41,420 bases of DNA from Flavobacteriales bacterium (GCA_049609665.1 JBMYYT010000002.1:1-41420); one strand, 5' to 3'. Shown: positions 28,996 to 38,592, counted from the first letter of the stretch. Notes: generated by a model from the letters alone, not told the origin. Program-made: numbers and translations.

Positions 28996-30327
28996 TTAGT
29001 TGTTTTTAATTATTCTTTCTGTCGTGAAGTTTCCATTTACATCCAATATTTGGATGAGGTAGGAACCAGACAATAATGACTGAAGATCAACAACTGTTTT
29101 GTTATTATTTATTTCAGTTATATCGATAAGAGTCTTACCTGTTAAATCCATTACTCTAATCTGATCAATTTGAACTTTTGATTCAACTGTAATTTGGTTT
29201 GAAAATGGATTTGGAAAAAGTTTTAAAGTATTGATTGATTTGTTTTCATTAATTCCCACTGAATTATCAAATAAAAATCTAAAATTGTCAAGGAAAATTG
29301 AATCTGGAGTTGCCGTTGAAGAATTTACAAGAAATACAAATTTTTCAAAAGACGTTGATGCTGGCACACCAGATAAATCCATATTAAAAGTACTCCAGCC
29401 TGGAGTTGTAGAAGTTGTGAATAATGAATCTAAAATATCTGTACCGCTCGCATCTTGAAAAACCATTTTAAAATCATATGCTCCAGCTGGACTATATAAA
29501 TCAATGCTAGCAGTGTTGTATTTGGTTGAAACAAATGGGATTTTGATAGTTCCTCCAAAAGCTCCATCATTTGTTGGCGGAATAAATTTGATGAATTTTC
29601 CACATGTTGTTGAAGTGTTTATACCTGAGGTCAGAGGATTTACTTCATTTTGTAAGTGTGTTCCATTAGAAAAATCAAAACTAACATTACGTTGACATTC
29701 ATAATCTTCTCCTATAGCTGTATCAGTAGGAACACTTGCACAAGGATCAATTAGGGTTGGCCCCATTAAATCGTCAAACAAATAAGTGTCGGAATTAAAA
29801 GAATTTGGGTCGAAAAGTAAAACTAATGTTGTAACATTGGTATCAGAAACTGTTGTGTCTGGACTATTGACCAAACTAAAAGTCAAAGTTTCCCATGTGT
29901 TAACCGCAGTTGTCACTGCAGTATATTCACTGTGTCTTCCTGTAGGATAATTAGTAGGACCTGCTGAATTTTTATCTTCTAAAGTTATCTGTAAGGTTTT
30001 ACCAGCTGCTGGGCTGTATACTTTAATCGACATGCTTTTTGTACCTGCCTTAAAATCTGCAACACTTGCAATTTTAAACGTCCCTGTAGGCTCAATTAAT
30101 ATAACGTCATATTGTGAACCTCCATTCCTTGTATATTGAGCACATGTTGAACTTGTATTCACCCCGGTTGTTGAAGGGTTTGAGAATGACTGATTGAATG
30201 TAGTTCCGTTAAAGAAAGGATAGGCCACTTTACCAGGGTTGTCAAAATCATCCCAAGTTGATTGGGAATTTAAAATACATGCACCAAATAGAAAAGTGCC
30301 TAACAATAAAGAACTGAATAATTTCAT
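28996..30327 (-). CDS. T9SS-secreted protein with two divergent CBM-like domains and CTD
   Basis: Signal peptide from ATG 30327 (track start 30381). Domains share the pattern V(Y/W)SP..G...LED...TT...W.T.TF.L...YLFDD with the neighbour's repeats; CTD LKLFPNPF...SGSYLI...RIIKN. Confidence 0.75.
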   Translation of the reverse strand: MKLFSSLLLGTFLFGACILNSQSTWDDFDNPGKVAYPFFNGTTFNQSFSNPSTTGVNTSSTCAQYTRNGGSQYDVILIEPTGTFKIASVADFKAGTKSMSIKVYSPAAGKTLQITLEDKNSAGPTNYPTGRHSEYTAVTTAVNTWETLTFSLVNSPDTTVSDTNVTTLVLLFDPNSFNSDTYLFDDLMGPTLIDPCASVPTDTAIGEDYECQRNVSFDFSNGTHLQNEVNPLTSGINTSTTCGKFIKFIPPTNDGAFGGTIKIPFVSTKYNTASIDLYSPAGAYDFKMVFQDASGTDILDSLFTTSTTPGWSTFNMDLSGVPASTSFEKFVFLVNSSTATPDSIFLDNFRFLFDNSVGINENKSINTLKLFPNPFSNQITVESKVQIDQIRVMDLTGKTLIDITEINNNKTVVDLQSLLSGSYLIQILDVNGNFTTERIIKNN

Positions 30328-30349
30328 TATGAGAAAGTTACATTTATAC

Positions 30350-30392
30350 TTATTGTATTTTTGACTATTACTTATTGTCAAAACAACAATTA
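30350..30392. promoter_or_regulatory. Tandem pair of NrtR/AraR-type operators
   Basis: TTATTGT-ATTTTTG-ACTATTA (30350-30370) and TTATTGT-CAAAACA-ACAATTA (30372-30392), 1-bp spacer. Confidence 0.8.
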
Positions 30393-30432
30393 CTAAAAAC
30401 GAATCTAATGAATTCTTATCGAAAAGTCAAAA

Positions 30433-32697
30433 TTATTTGACTAAAAAATCTCTTTTTATCCCATTAATTTCAAGTTGAAACCCTCCAGTTTCGAGCTCCC
30501 AAGTATTGGATACTCCTACAAAAGCTAATTCTGAAACTGGAATCCTAAATTCAATTTTCTTTGTTGAATTTGCTGAAAGGTTAACTTTTCTGAAGCCTCT
30601 TAATCTTTTAACGCTCGGTGTTATAGAGGCTACTTTGTCACTAATATATACCTGAACAACCTCCTTACCTTCTCTATTAGATGTGTTTTTTATTTCCAAT
30701 GAAACTTTAATTGTATCGGATTTTGAATATTCAAGTTTATCAATATTTACTTCATCATAATTAAAATTTGAATAACTCATACCAAAACCAAATTCCCATT
30801 GTGGATTAAAAGCCTTCTTACCGAAATTGATATCAAAAACTTCAGTGTACTTATGGTCGTATTGGATAAATGAACCCGTAAACCTTGGATAGGTGAAAGG
30901 TATTTTCCCTGATGGATTAGACCCACCAAAAAGAATTTTAGCTAATGCTTCTCCTCCAAAATCTCCTGGCAGGTAACAATGAAGAATCGCATCCGCATTA
31001 GGTACAATCTCATTTATTATCCTTGGTCGGTTAAATGTCAATGTAAAAACTATTGGCTTATTTAATTTACTCAATTCCTTCACTAATCGTTGTTGAGCTT
31101 TTGGCAAAGTTAAATCTTCAATATTTCCTGGAATTTCTGTACATGGAAGTTCTCCCAAGCACACAATTATCACATCAGATTTTTTGGCTTTTTCAATAGT
31201 CTCCTCGAGATTTTTTAAACTATCTAAGCCTGAACCTAAAGAAAACTCTACTTTTCCTTTGGAAATTTGTTTAATAGCCTCATAATAAGTTTTTGCTCCC
31301 TTGGTATTGTAGGTTGGATCAACACCTTGCCAAGTATGAGTCCAAGCACCATTTTGAATGTTTAACGAATTAGCTGCTGGACCGCAAATTAGAATGTTAG
31401 CCTCTTTTTTAAGTGGCAAAACATTATTTTCATTCTTAAGGAGAGTAATTGATTCCAATGCAGTATTCAAAGCAGTTTCTTTGAATTCTTTGGAAGCAAA
31501 CTTCGTGTATCTTGCAAAATCTGGAATTGGATTTTTTAATAGACCCAATTGTTTTTTGACCCAAAGTATCCTTCTGCAAGATTCATCTAATCTACTTTCT
31601 TTGACCTCCCCGCTTTTGACTAAATCGATAAGCGCTTTATTAAAAGAATAATCATTTGGAGTCATACTCATATCAATTCCAGCATTAACCGCAAGCTTCA
31701 CTGCTTCTCGCATATCTTTTGCAACATTATGGTTTTTATACAATTTAATAATGTCTTCCCAATCCGTTACAGCAAGTCCTTTAAACCCTAATTCGTCTCT
31801 CAATAATTTTGTAAGAAGATCAGGATTTGCATGAACAGGAATTCCATTTATCTCTCCAGAATTAATCATTACCGTCAACGCATTTTCCTTAATTGCAGTT
31901 TCAAAAGTTGGTAGATAATATTCTCTAAGTTGTCTTTTTGGAATCCAAACTGGTGTTCTGTCTTTTCCAGACAACGGTGTGCTGTAGCCCAAAAAATGTT
32001 TCATACAAGAAGCTACTTTTTCAGGATTTGAAGGGTCATTACCCTGATACCCAATAATACAAGCCTCTGTCATTTGTTTTGCCAAATAAACATCTTCTCC
32101 ATACGTTTCAAAGAACCTTGACCAAAGCGGCTGACGCCCAATATCCAATACAGGTGAAAAGTTCCAAGGAATTCCTGAAGCTCTACATTCATAGGCTGTT
32201 ATCGAAGCTCCTTCTTTTACTAACTCTAGATTCCATGTTGCAGCCTGTCCTATTTGTTGTGGAAATAATGTTGCATCCACAGTATAATTTACTCCATGAA
32301 TAGCGTCAATCCCGTATATAATTGGAATTTTATTTCCTTCAGTAGTAGCTTTCGTTTGAATTTGAGTGATAATTTCTTGCCAATGTGCTCTGGTATAGGT
32401 GTGACCACCAACATTAAGTATTGATCCCACAAAGTAATGATTAATCGCAGAATCCAGCTTTTTTGAATCTAACTGATGGGGCTTTTCGAGGTTGTAAATT
32501 TCTCCTTTGGAAATAACATCAATATTAATTTGAGTCATCTGCCCAACCTTTTGCTCAATGGTCATTTTTGAAATAATCGCTTCAATTTCTGAATCAACTA
32601 TTTGAGGAATTGAGGTTGAATTTTTTATAGTATTACAAGAAAAAAAGAATAAAAATAATCCCAAGAACAGGGTTAATTGCTTTTTGATTTTCATCAT
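30433..32697 (-). CDS. GH3 beta-glucosidase (BglX-like) lipoprotein
   Basis: GIDAIHG, WSRFFETYGED, MKHF, VTDW nucleophile, NPSGKIP, Fn3 domain GKEVVQVY...LRGF; lipobox FFSC. Confidence 0.94.
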   Translation of the reverse strand: MMKIKKQLTLFLGLFLFFFSCNTIKNSTSIPQIVDSEIEAIISKMTIEQKVGQMTQINIDVISKGEIYNLEKPHQLDSKKLDSAINHYFVGSILNVGGHTYTRAHWQEIITQIQTKATTEGNKIPIIYGIDAIHGVNYTVDATLFPQQIGQAATWNLELVKEGASITAYECRASGIPWNFSPVLDIGRQPLWSRFFETYGEDVYLAKQMTEACIIGYQGNDPSNPEKVASCMKHFLGYSTPLSGKDRTPVWIPKRQLREYYLPTFETAIKENALTVMINSGEINGIPVHANPDLLTKLLRDELGFKGLAVTDWEDIIKLYKNHNVAKDMREAVKLAVNAGIDMSMTPNDYSFNKALIDLVKSGEVKESRLDESCRRILWVKKQLGLLKNPIPDFARYTKFASKEFKETALNTALESITLLKNENNVLPLKKEANILICGPAANSLNIQNGAWTHTWQGVDPTYNTKGAKTYYEAIKQISKGKVEFSLGSGLDSLKNLEETIEKAKKSDVIIVCLGELPCTEIPGNIEDLTLPKAQQRLVKELSKLNKPIVFTLTFNRPRIINEIVPNADAILHCYLPGDFGGEALAKILFGGSNPSGKIPFTYPRFTGSFIQYDHKYTEVFDINFGKKAFNPQWEFGFGMSYSNFNYDEVNIDKLEYSKSDTIKVSLEIKNTSNREGKEVVQVYISDKVASITPSVKRLRGFRKVNLSANSTKKIEFRIPVSELAFVGVSNTWELETGGFQLEINGIKRDFLVK

Positions 32698-33830
32698 TTA
32701 GTGATTTTAATTTCATCAATAAAAACTTCCCCTTTCGAGGTTCCTTCAAAATAAATTTGCTTAATTCTGTCTAAAGCAAATTTCTTATCTCCGAGATTTA
32801 GATTTTTAAGAGGAATAGATATTTTTGACCAGTCATCCGAATTAATTTTTTGAGATTTGTGCGAGAAAATTTCCGTTTTGTGCCCTAAATAGTCTTCAAG
32901 TATTACTTTAAATTGACTTCCTTTTTTGGCCTTCACATTAAACCTAATGGTAGACTCTTCAGAAACTCCTCGTAAATTTACGGCATACCATCCATTCCAA
33001 TTCATTCCCCATTTTGCCCAAGAGCAATCCTTTGCATCGTATTTCCAGTGAATATATTTGTCTCCTTCTCCATTTGCTTTTTCCGATAGTTCTTGACATC
33101 TGTTATTCTCATATCCCCATACATCTTCTTTGAAATTCCCTTCCCGATAAACAATTTGATTGAACTTTCCCTTTGGTCTCATTTTTTCAACCTCAGCTCG
33201 AGATTTAGCATATTCTTCTTTTGAATAACTTACTATTTCAATTTCATCCAAATAAAACGAACCTGCTCCTTCGAGTTGAAATTGCATTTGTTTTATGGAG
33301 TTAATATCTACCTCTTCTTCATCAATAGGGAAATGCCATAAAGGAACAACAATTCTTTTCCAAGTTGTATCTATTTCGAGTCCATATAAATATTTTCCCG
33401 CATCTATAAAATAGTAACTTCCTCCACCTCCAAAGTCTTCTAAATTAGCTACAATTGGAATTGCTTTTGCAGTTTTAGATTGAGTTCTTACATAAAAAGA
33501 CAATGCTTTTTTGAATCTTTCTTGAGATAAATCAACGGGTTGCCAGTTATTGAAACTATTTCCAAATCCAATCCATTCGCAATTTCCTTTGTTCCAAGAA
33601 AGCTTGATACTTGATTTTCCTTTAAAAGCTACTTTATCACTTATCTCAAAATCTCCACAATCAAATAAAGAATTCCACATCGTTCCTACTCCATCCGAAA
33701 ATACGACTTGATCACCCTGAACTGTTGGAGGATGAACTTCATATTTATCATACAAAACCTGTTCTTTGAATTTGACACTTTCGCAAGCAAATAAAGCAAC
33801 TAAAAATGTTATGAAAATTAAATTTTTCAA
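32694..33830 (-). CDS. Lipoprotein with two CBM-like (galactose-binding-like) domains; putative glycan-binding protein
   Basis: TTG start overlapping the upstream TGA; lipobox LFAC; internal duplication (W.G.G..FN.W..V.L ... W..I..PL ... I.Q..F.....G..(Y/F).DEI.I) seen twice. Confidence 0.65.
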   Translation of the reverse strand: MKNLIFITFLVALFACESVKFKEQVLYDKYEVHPPTVQGDQVVFSDGVGTMWNSLFDCGDFEISDKVAFKGKSSIKLSWNKGNCEWIGFGNSFNNWQPVDLSQERFKKALSFYVRTQSKTAKAIPIVANLEDFGGGGSYYFIDAGKYLYGLEIDTTWKRIVVPLWHFPIDEEEVDINSIKQMQFQLEGAGSFYLDEIEIVSYSKEEYAKSRAEVEKMRPKGKFNQIVYREGNFKEDVWGYENNRCQELSEKANGEGDKYIHWKYDAKDCSWAKWGMNWNGWYAVNLRGVSEESTIRFNVKAKKGSQFKVILEDYLGHKTEIFSHKSQKINSDDWSKISIPLKNLNLGDKKFALDRIKQIYFEGTSKGEVFIDEIKITK

Positions 33831-34831
33831 GGAGTGTAAGGAGTATTAGTAGTAAAAATTAAGTGATCTACGAAAGCCTTTGAATTCCCATTTGCCTTGT
33901 TAGCCAAATAAAATACGTTAATAGAAGCAAGCTTAGCAGGTTCAGGCAATCCATTTCCGTTTGTAGAAACTTGATTTCCATCCGCATCAAATTGAATATC
34001 AGAGTATTTGAAACTTACCAAGTTCCAACCCGTATCGGTGTACCAATATTCATAAATAAATCTATCTTCGGTTGCTTCGTCAAAAGTTCCGTCTCCATTT
34101 TCATCTTCATCAAACCAAAATTGGATAAATGCATTTCCTTCACCAATATTCTCAATAGGTTTAAATGCCATATTGAAAAATAAATTTGAAGCACTTGCTG
34201 GTAGTCCGAAATTACTTGAAGCGTTGGGTTGAATCATAACCGAACCAATTGCCCAGTCCCATGGTACATTTCCGTTCCAGCTATAATGACAATTCCCTTT
34301 GGCAGACTCACCGCTTCCACAATCAATTGCTCCTGCAACCGTAGTTTGGTTAAACTTTGACCAGTTCGCTCCTTCTCCATTTTCAAAACTCGTAATTAGG
34401 TAACCATTGTCAACTTTTATCCCAGAAATAGTAACGGTATCATAAAGAACAGGTGTTCCATCTTCATCAGGAAAATTGATTTCAATGTAGGCTTTTTCCA
34501 ATCCAAAACCAGGAAAAGAATTTGCTCCTCCATCCCAAGAAGAATTGTCAATTGAGATAATTCTATCCGTTCCAGAAATAAACCTTTTAGCACCCGTATT
34601 TGCTCCAACTATTGAAATATTCCATTTGGTGTTTTTTGACAATTCACCATTAAAATAAAGTTTATTATCAACTGGAAAATCAACCAGATTTTTATTGATT
34701 TCAACGTCTTTAATAATACTAAAAGGTCCGAATAAATCATTTAAGTCTGGACCATCAAATGTCGTGTCATCTTCTTTTCTACAGGATAGAATAAGTAAGA
34801 TTGAGATTAAAATAAAAACTGTCTTTTTCAT
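33827..34831 (-). CDS. Surface lipoprotein with C-terminal CBM-like domain; putative glycan-binding protein
   Basis: Lipobox ILSC followed by RKEDD (K-D/E-rich, like the Bacteroidota lipoprotein export signal); C-terminal LITSFE...GWNLVSFKY...VDHLIF jelly-roll-like pattern, Trp-rich. Confidence 0.6.
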   Translation of the reverse strand: MKKTVFILISILLILSCRKEDDTTFDGPDLNDLFGPFSIIKDVEINKNLVDFPVDNKLYFNGELSKNTKWNISIVGANTGAKRFISGTDRIISIDNSSWDGGANSFPGFGLEKAYIEINFPDEDGTPVLYDTVTISGIKVDNGYLITSFENGEGANWSKFNQTTVAGAIDCGSGESAKGNCHYSWNGNVPWDWAIGSVMIQPNASSNFGLPASASNLFFNMAFKPIENIGEGNAFIQFWFDEDENGDGTFDEATEDRFIYEYWYTDTGWNLVSFKYSDIQFDADGNQVSTNGNGLPEPAKLASINVFYLANKANGNSKAFVDHLIFTTNTPYTP

Positions 34832-34833
34832 AA

Positions 34834-36546
34834 TTAAAAGAATAAAGAATATAAAAATGTGAACTGAGAAATCCCATAATCCACTGAATTACTTGTTTGG
34901 TGTTTGATACTATTCACCTGATATTGTGCAGATAATATGTTCTTATCAGAGAATCTATACCTCAATCCTACTGCATAAGTATTTTCACTAAAATCATAAG
35001 AAACGATATCAAAATTTTCAATTGAGTTAAAAGCATTCCGTTCATTGATGTAAGCATTTCCATCAACTGCCCATAGCTTTGCTCCCAATAGAAAATCTAA
35101 TTTACGAAGAAATTCAATGGAAAGTCCAGCATCAATTAAAGTGCTATTTAGGTCAACGGTTTCGAACTCTTCCCCTTTTCTTGATGTGTTCTCGTACCTT
35201 ACTCCCAAATCTAATTTGAATTGTTTTTTCCAACCCAAAAAGTCACTAAAGTAGATGTCAGTTCCAGCCTCTACCAATATAAAATTCTTCTTGACATTGG
35301 TTCCCGTACCTCTGGATTGGGTCATGTAAGAGGCATTCAAAAAAGTATTTTTAAACTTAGTGGTATCCGATTTAATCATTTTTAAATAAACTCCTTTCCT
35401 ATTTGGAGTTGCAAGTCCATAAGGATTTATGTTGTCGTATGCTGGATTATAATCCATTAATTCTTCTGAGATTTTAAACGAATTTTCAGTGTTTCCGCTA
35501 ATAACATCTGAGTAACTGATAGGTCTTCCAGTAGCATTATTGGTTATTTGCTGATACAAACCTGGAAATTTACCATAGTTGATTCGTTTCGTTTGAGCAC
35601 CAGGTGATAAAAAATCTGCTCCTACATCCTTATATCCGATTTCAAAACTTAGTCGTTTATCCTTTAATTCTGTAACAAAAGAGACATCGTAAAACCAATC
35701 ATTTATGGATTCAGGAGCTCTTGAATCCTGATAATTGATATACTGAGTGCCTGATGTTCCTGCCTCAGATTTAAGACCAATTTTAAGATTATCGTTTAAT
35801 TCTCTGTTGTAAAAAAGGTTAACTGTGTGCACATTATTTTTGTACTGAATGCTATCTGGAATTGTTTCTTTAAGGTCAAACACATTAACACTATTAAAAG
35901 CCAAAGACAGATTTTCACTTTGGCGAATTGAAATTGTTCCCCCTCCATACAATCTTTCTGGCTCAGCAATTCCATCTGTAGGTCTTTGTCTTGTTATGAA
36001 TCCTTTAAAATCCATTCCTTCGATTACATTGCCGAATTCTAACCCAAAATTCATTTTTGCACCCTGCATTCGCCAGTTGTTGTCATTATAAAACATATCA
36101 TAATGAACAATATCTCTCCTCAAGGCAAATACATCTCCCTCATTTACAATTCCCTCTTCTTGTTGATTAAATAAAGTGTAAGGTGTCATTTTCAAATCAA
36201 TATCACCCACTTCGTAACGCACCAAATCTCCTGCAACACCTTTTACCGTTAATTGTCGAACATCAAATGAAACTCCACCTCCCCAAAATCCACCGAGCTC
36301 ATTTCGGATACGAAACATTCCTAATACCTCGGTGTTCTTGTTGGGAAAAATACTTACTCCTAAATCAAGTAAAGTATGACCATAATTAGCTTTTCTTGTT
36401 GTAATTGAATCCAACGATTCATCGATATTTAGCTCATTTGAGAACATATACGCCCTTGCAGCTCCATTGATTTGAAACTTTTTTTGTTGACCAAAAGCAA
36501 AATTCGTCAACACAACAATAAGTATGAATATAATTTTTTGTTTCAT
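34834..36546 (-). CDS. Uncharacterised outer-membrane beta-barrel-like protein (barrel B)
   Basis: Cleavable signal peptide, alternating amphipathic strands throughout (DLGVRYE, DAGLSIEF, AVGLRYRF), C-terminal FTFLYSLFF; no TonB plug motifs seen. Confidence 0.7.
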   Translation of the reverse strand: MKQKIIFILIVVLTNFAFGQQKKFQINGAARAYMFSNELNIDESLDSITTRKANYGHTLLDLGVSIFPNKNTEVLGMFRIRNELGGFWGGGVSFDVRQLTVKGVAGDLVRYEVGDIDLKMTPYTLFNQQEEGIVNEGDVFALRRDIVHYDMFYNDNNWRMQGAKMNFGLEFGNVIEGMDFKGFITRQRPTDGIAEPERLYGGGTISIRQSENLSLAFNSVNVFDLKETIPDSIQYKNNVHTVNLFYNRELNDNLKIGLKSEAGTSGTQYINYQDSRAPESINDWFYDVSFVTELKDKRLSFEIGYKDVGADFLSPGAQTKRINYGKFPGLYQQITNNATGRPISYSDVISGNTENSFKISEELMDYNPAYDNINPYGLATPNRKGVYLKMIKSDTTKFKNTFLNASYMTQSRGTGTNVKKNFILVEAGTDIYFSDFLGWKKQFKLDLGVRYENTSRKGEEFETVDLNSTLIDAGLSIEFLRKLDFLLGAKLWAVDGNAYINERNAFNSIENFDIVSYDFSENTYAVGLRYRFSDKNILSAQYQVNSIKHQTSNSVDYGISQFTFLYSLFF

Positions 36547-38471
36547 TAGAAAATGATTTTTATTTCAAGTGTGGTTTCATGCCCAGCGTACTTGTCAAGA
36601 GCAAAATTCCTGTCCTCAAATTTGAAGTATCGATGTCTCAAGTATAAAGCTGTGTTCTTAGACATCATATAGTCAAACCCTAATCCAAAGGCAATTCCTT
36701 CTTGATTTCTTGGTCTTTCTGTGAGAATATCAACTTCCGTGTCGTAGTTTGCGATAGCTCTTTCCCAACCTACATACTGGGATAAAACAACTTTTTTGTG
36801 AATTTTGTAATAACTCTCCAATTGGTGAGAATAATAGCGAATATATGCGTCTTCTGTAAACACCGTAATTGGAGAAAACTTGGTTTGAACTGAGTTATAG
36901 GAACCTAAATAAAACACATGCCATGGTTTTCCAAAAAAGTTAAACTTATACTTAACCTGAGCTTCAATGTTATTGAAATACTTATCATTTACAACCTCTC
37001 CCGTTTCCGATAAATCATTCAAATTCAATGTCTCAAAAACATTTCGAAACAATACCGATGTTCTGTCATACGGACCAACATTGGCAGGAAAACTCCACCT
37101 CCAAAACCTTGACATAGTTAATCCATTAATAGCATGTCCATAGGTAATTGAATTGTTTTTGTTTTCAATTTCCTTTGCTATTCCATTTCCTATTGAAATT
37201 ATTGCATCGTCAATTTTAAATTCCGTATTTATATTTAACCCTTGGCGGTTATTTGCCATTTGTCCCATGCCCAGCATGGCACTCCCGTTTTGTTGAAGAA
37301 CACCATTCGCTCCAATGATTGTTTGAGCTCCAGCCGCAGCTGATGTAGCTTCAATTACTGAGGTATTCACGAATTCCACGTTATTGTTCACCACATTTGG
37401 ATTTATTCTGAAATAATGTAATTCAATAGGGATTTTGGTTAATTTTTTATCCAAATTAACCTTTAATGAAACCATTTCGCCTATACCCAAATCTTTATAG
37501 ACATCTTTGTAATGACCTCCCCCTATTTCTCCAGAAATTTTCATTTTATCAAAAACAAAATTAAATTCCGTAGTCAATATTCTATTTTCAATGGGATCCA
37601 ATGCCAACTCATCAGAATAAGTTCTTCTGTTAAAAGAATTAAGACTTACAGAATGTTTCTTGAATACTTTTTTGATACTTCCCGCAACAACATTGTTGGG
37701 TATTGTATTATCATAAAACTTAATAAATGAGTTATTGGTTGAATCACTTGAAACGTTTGCCGGGTCAACAAATGCCGAACCTGCATTTTGAGTTTTTCCG
37801 TATAGCATGTTGAATGACAAACCAAATGGAAGTTCAGTGATATCCAAAATCAACCCTTGAACAGCTTGTTGAGCCCATCTTGTATCTTGAGATATTGCAC
37901 CGTTTTTGTAATAATCCTCGTAACGTTTATTGATATCCTTGAATTGAGGATCCCAAGGGTTTCTGTCAAAAACGCTGTATCTATTATATCCTGCAAACGA
38001 CCGCATTGTAAATGGCGTCATGCTGTGCCAATGTATTCCTCCCGCTTTTACTCCAATGTTAGCAACTTTTGTTTTGAAATTTCCATACAGATTAATCCCC
38101 AATTGTAAATTTCTGTAATAATTGAAATTTCCATCGTTTTGATTCCAAACAACCAAATCCGTTCCAAATGAAGTTCCTGGAGATGGATTTCCTCCCATAT
38201 TTAACGTTAATTCAGGAAGTTGTGAGGCATCTCCAATAAGGAGTGATCTATTACTCAAATAAACAGGCTCATCATTTACAATATCAAATGCAAAAGGGTC
38301 AGTAAACATCCTGTGTTGAGCAAAAAACCTGTAGTTTCCTCCGATATTGAAACCTTTGAGTGGTGCTTTTTTTACTAAAGAGTCTTGAGATATGCCGATT
38401 ACGGAGATTAGTGAAAATAAAATTGTCACTCCGAAATTTAAATTATTTCGTTTGCTTGATTTCTTTTTCAT
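36546..38471 (-). CDS. Uncharacterised outer-membrane beta-barrel-like protein (barrel A)
   Basis: Likely start ATG 38471 (track start 38525); signal peptide; amphipathic strands (GLGFDYMM, ALYLRHRYF); C-terminal TLEIKIIF; TAATG overlap with barrel B. Confidence 0.7.
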   Translation of the reverse strand: MKKKSSKRNNLNFGVTILFSLISVIGISQDSLVKKAPLKGFNIGGNYRFFAQHRMFTDPFAFDIVNDEPVYLSNRSLLIGDASQLPELTLNMGGNPSPGTSFGTDLVVWNQNDGNFNYYRNLQLGINLYGNFKTKVANIGVKAGGIHWHSMTPFTMRSFAGYNRYSVFDRNPWDPQFKDINKRYEDYYKNGAISQDTRWAQQAVQGLILDITELPFGLSFNMLYGKTQNAGSAFVDPANVSSDSTNNSFIKFYDNTIPNNVVAGSIKKVFKKHSVSLNSFNRRTYSDELALDPIENRILTTEFNFVFDKMKISGEIGGGHYKDVYKDLGIGEMVSLKVNLDKKLTKIPIELHYFRINPNVVNNNVEFVNTSVIEATSAAAGAQTIIGANGVLQQNGSAMLGMGQMANNRQGLNINTEFKIDDAIISIGNGIAKEIENKNNSITYGHAINGLTMSRFWRWSFPANVGPYDRTSVLFRNVFETLNLNDLSETGEVVNDKYFNNIEAQVKYKFNFFGKPWHVFYLGSYNSVQTKFSPITVFTEDAYIRYYSHQLESYYKIHKKVVLSQYVGWERAIANYDTEVDILTERPRNQEGIAFGLGFDYMMSKNTALYLRHRYFKFEDRNFALDKYAGHETTLEIKIIF

Positions 38472-38535
38472 TGCTAAAAGCAAGAAAAATAAACAAATAG
38501 TTATTAGGGCAAATGATAAAGTCAAAATCAGCTAA

Positions 38536-38578
38536 TTATTGTTGATATTACAATTAGTTATTGTAAAACTGACACTAA
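38536..38578. promoter_or_regulatory. Tandem pair of NrtR/AraR-type operators
   Basis: TTATTGT-TGATATT-ACAATTA (38536-38556) and TTATTGT-AAAACTG-ACACTAA (38558-38578), 1-bp spacer. Confidence 0.8.
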
Positions 38579-38592
38579 GTTAGCAAAAAAAT

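Noticed and set aside
33828-33830. Link between tRNA-Leu(CAA) and the TTG start codons in the locus (bldA-like control)
   Set aside because: Start codons are read by initiator tRNA, and TTG Leu codons are common throughout this AT-rich window.
34834-38471. Calling the two large unknown proteins SusC and SusD
   Set aside because: They are too short for SusC, lack the plug/TonB-box and SusC signature motifs, and neither is a helical lipoprotein like SusD.
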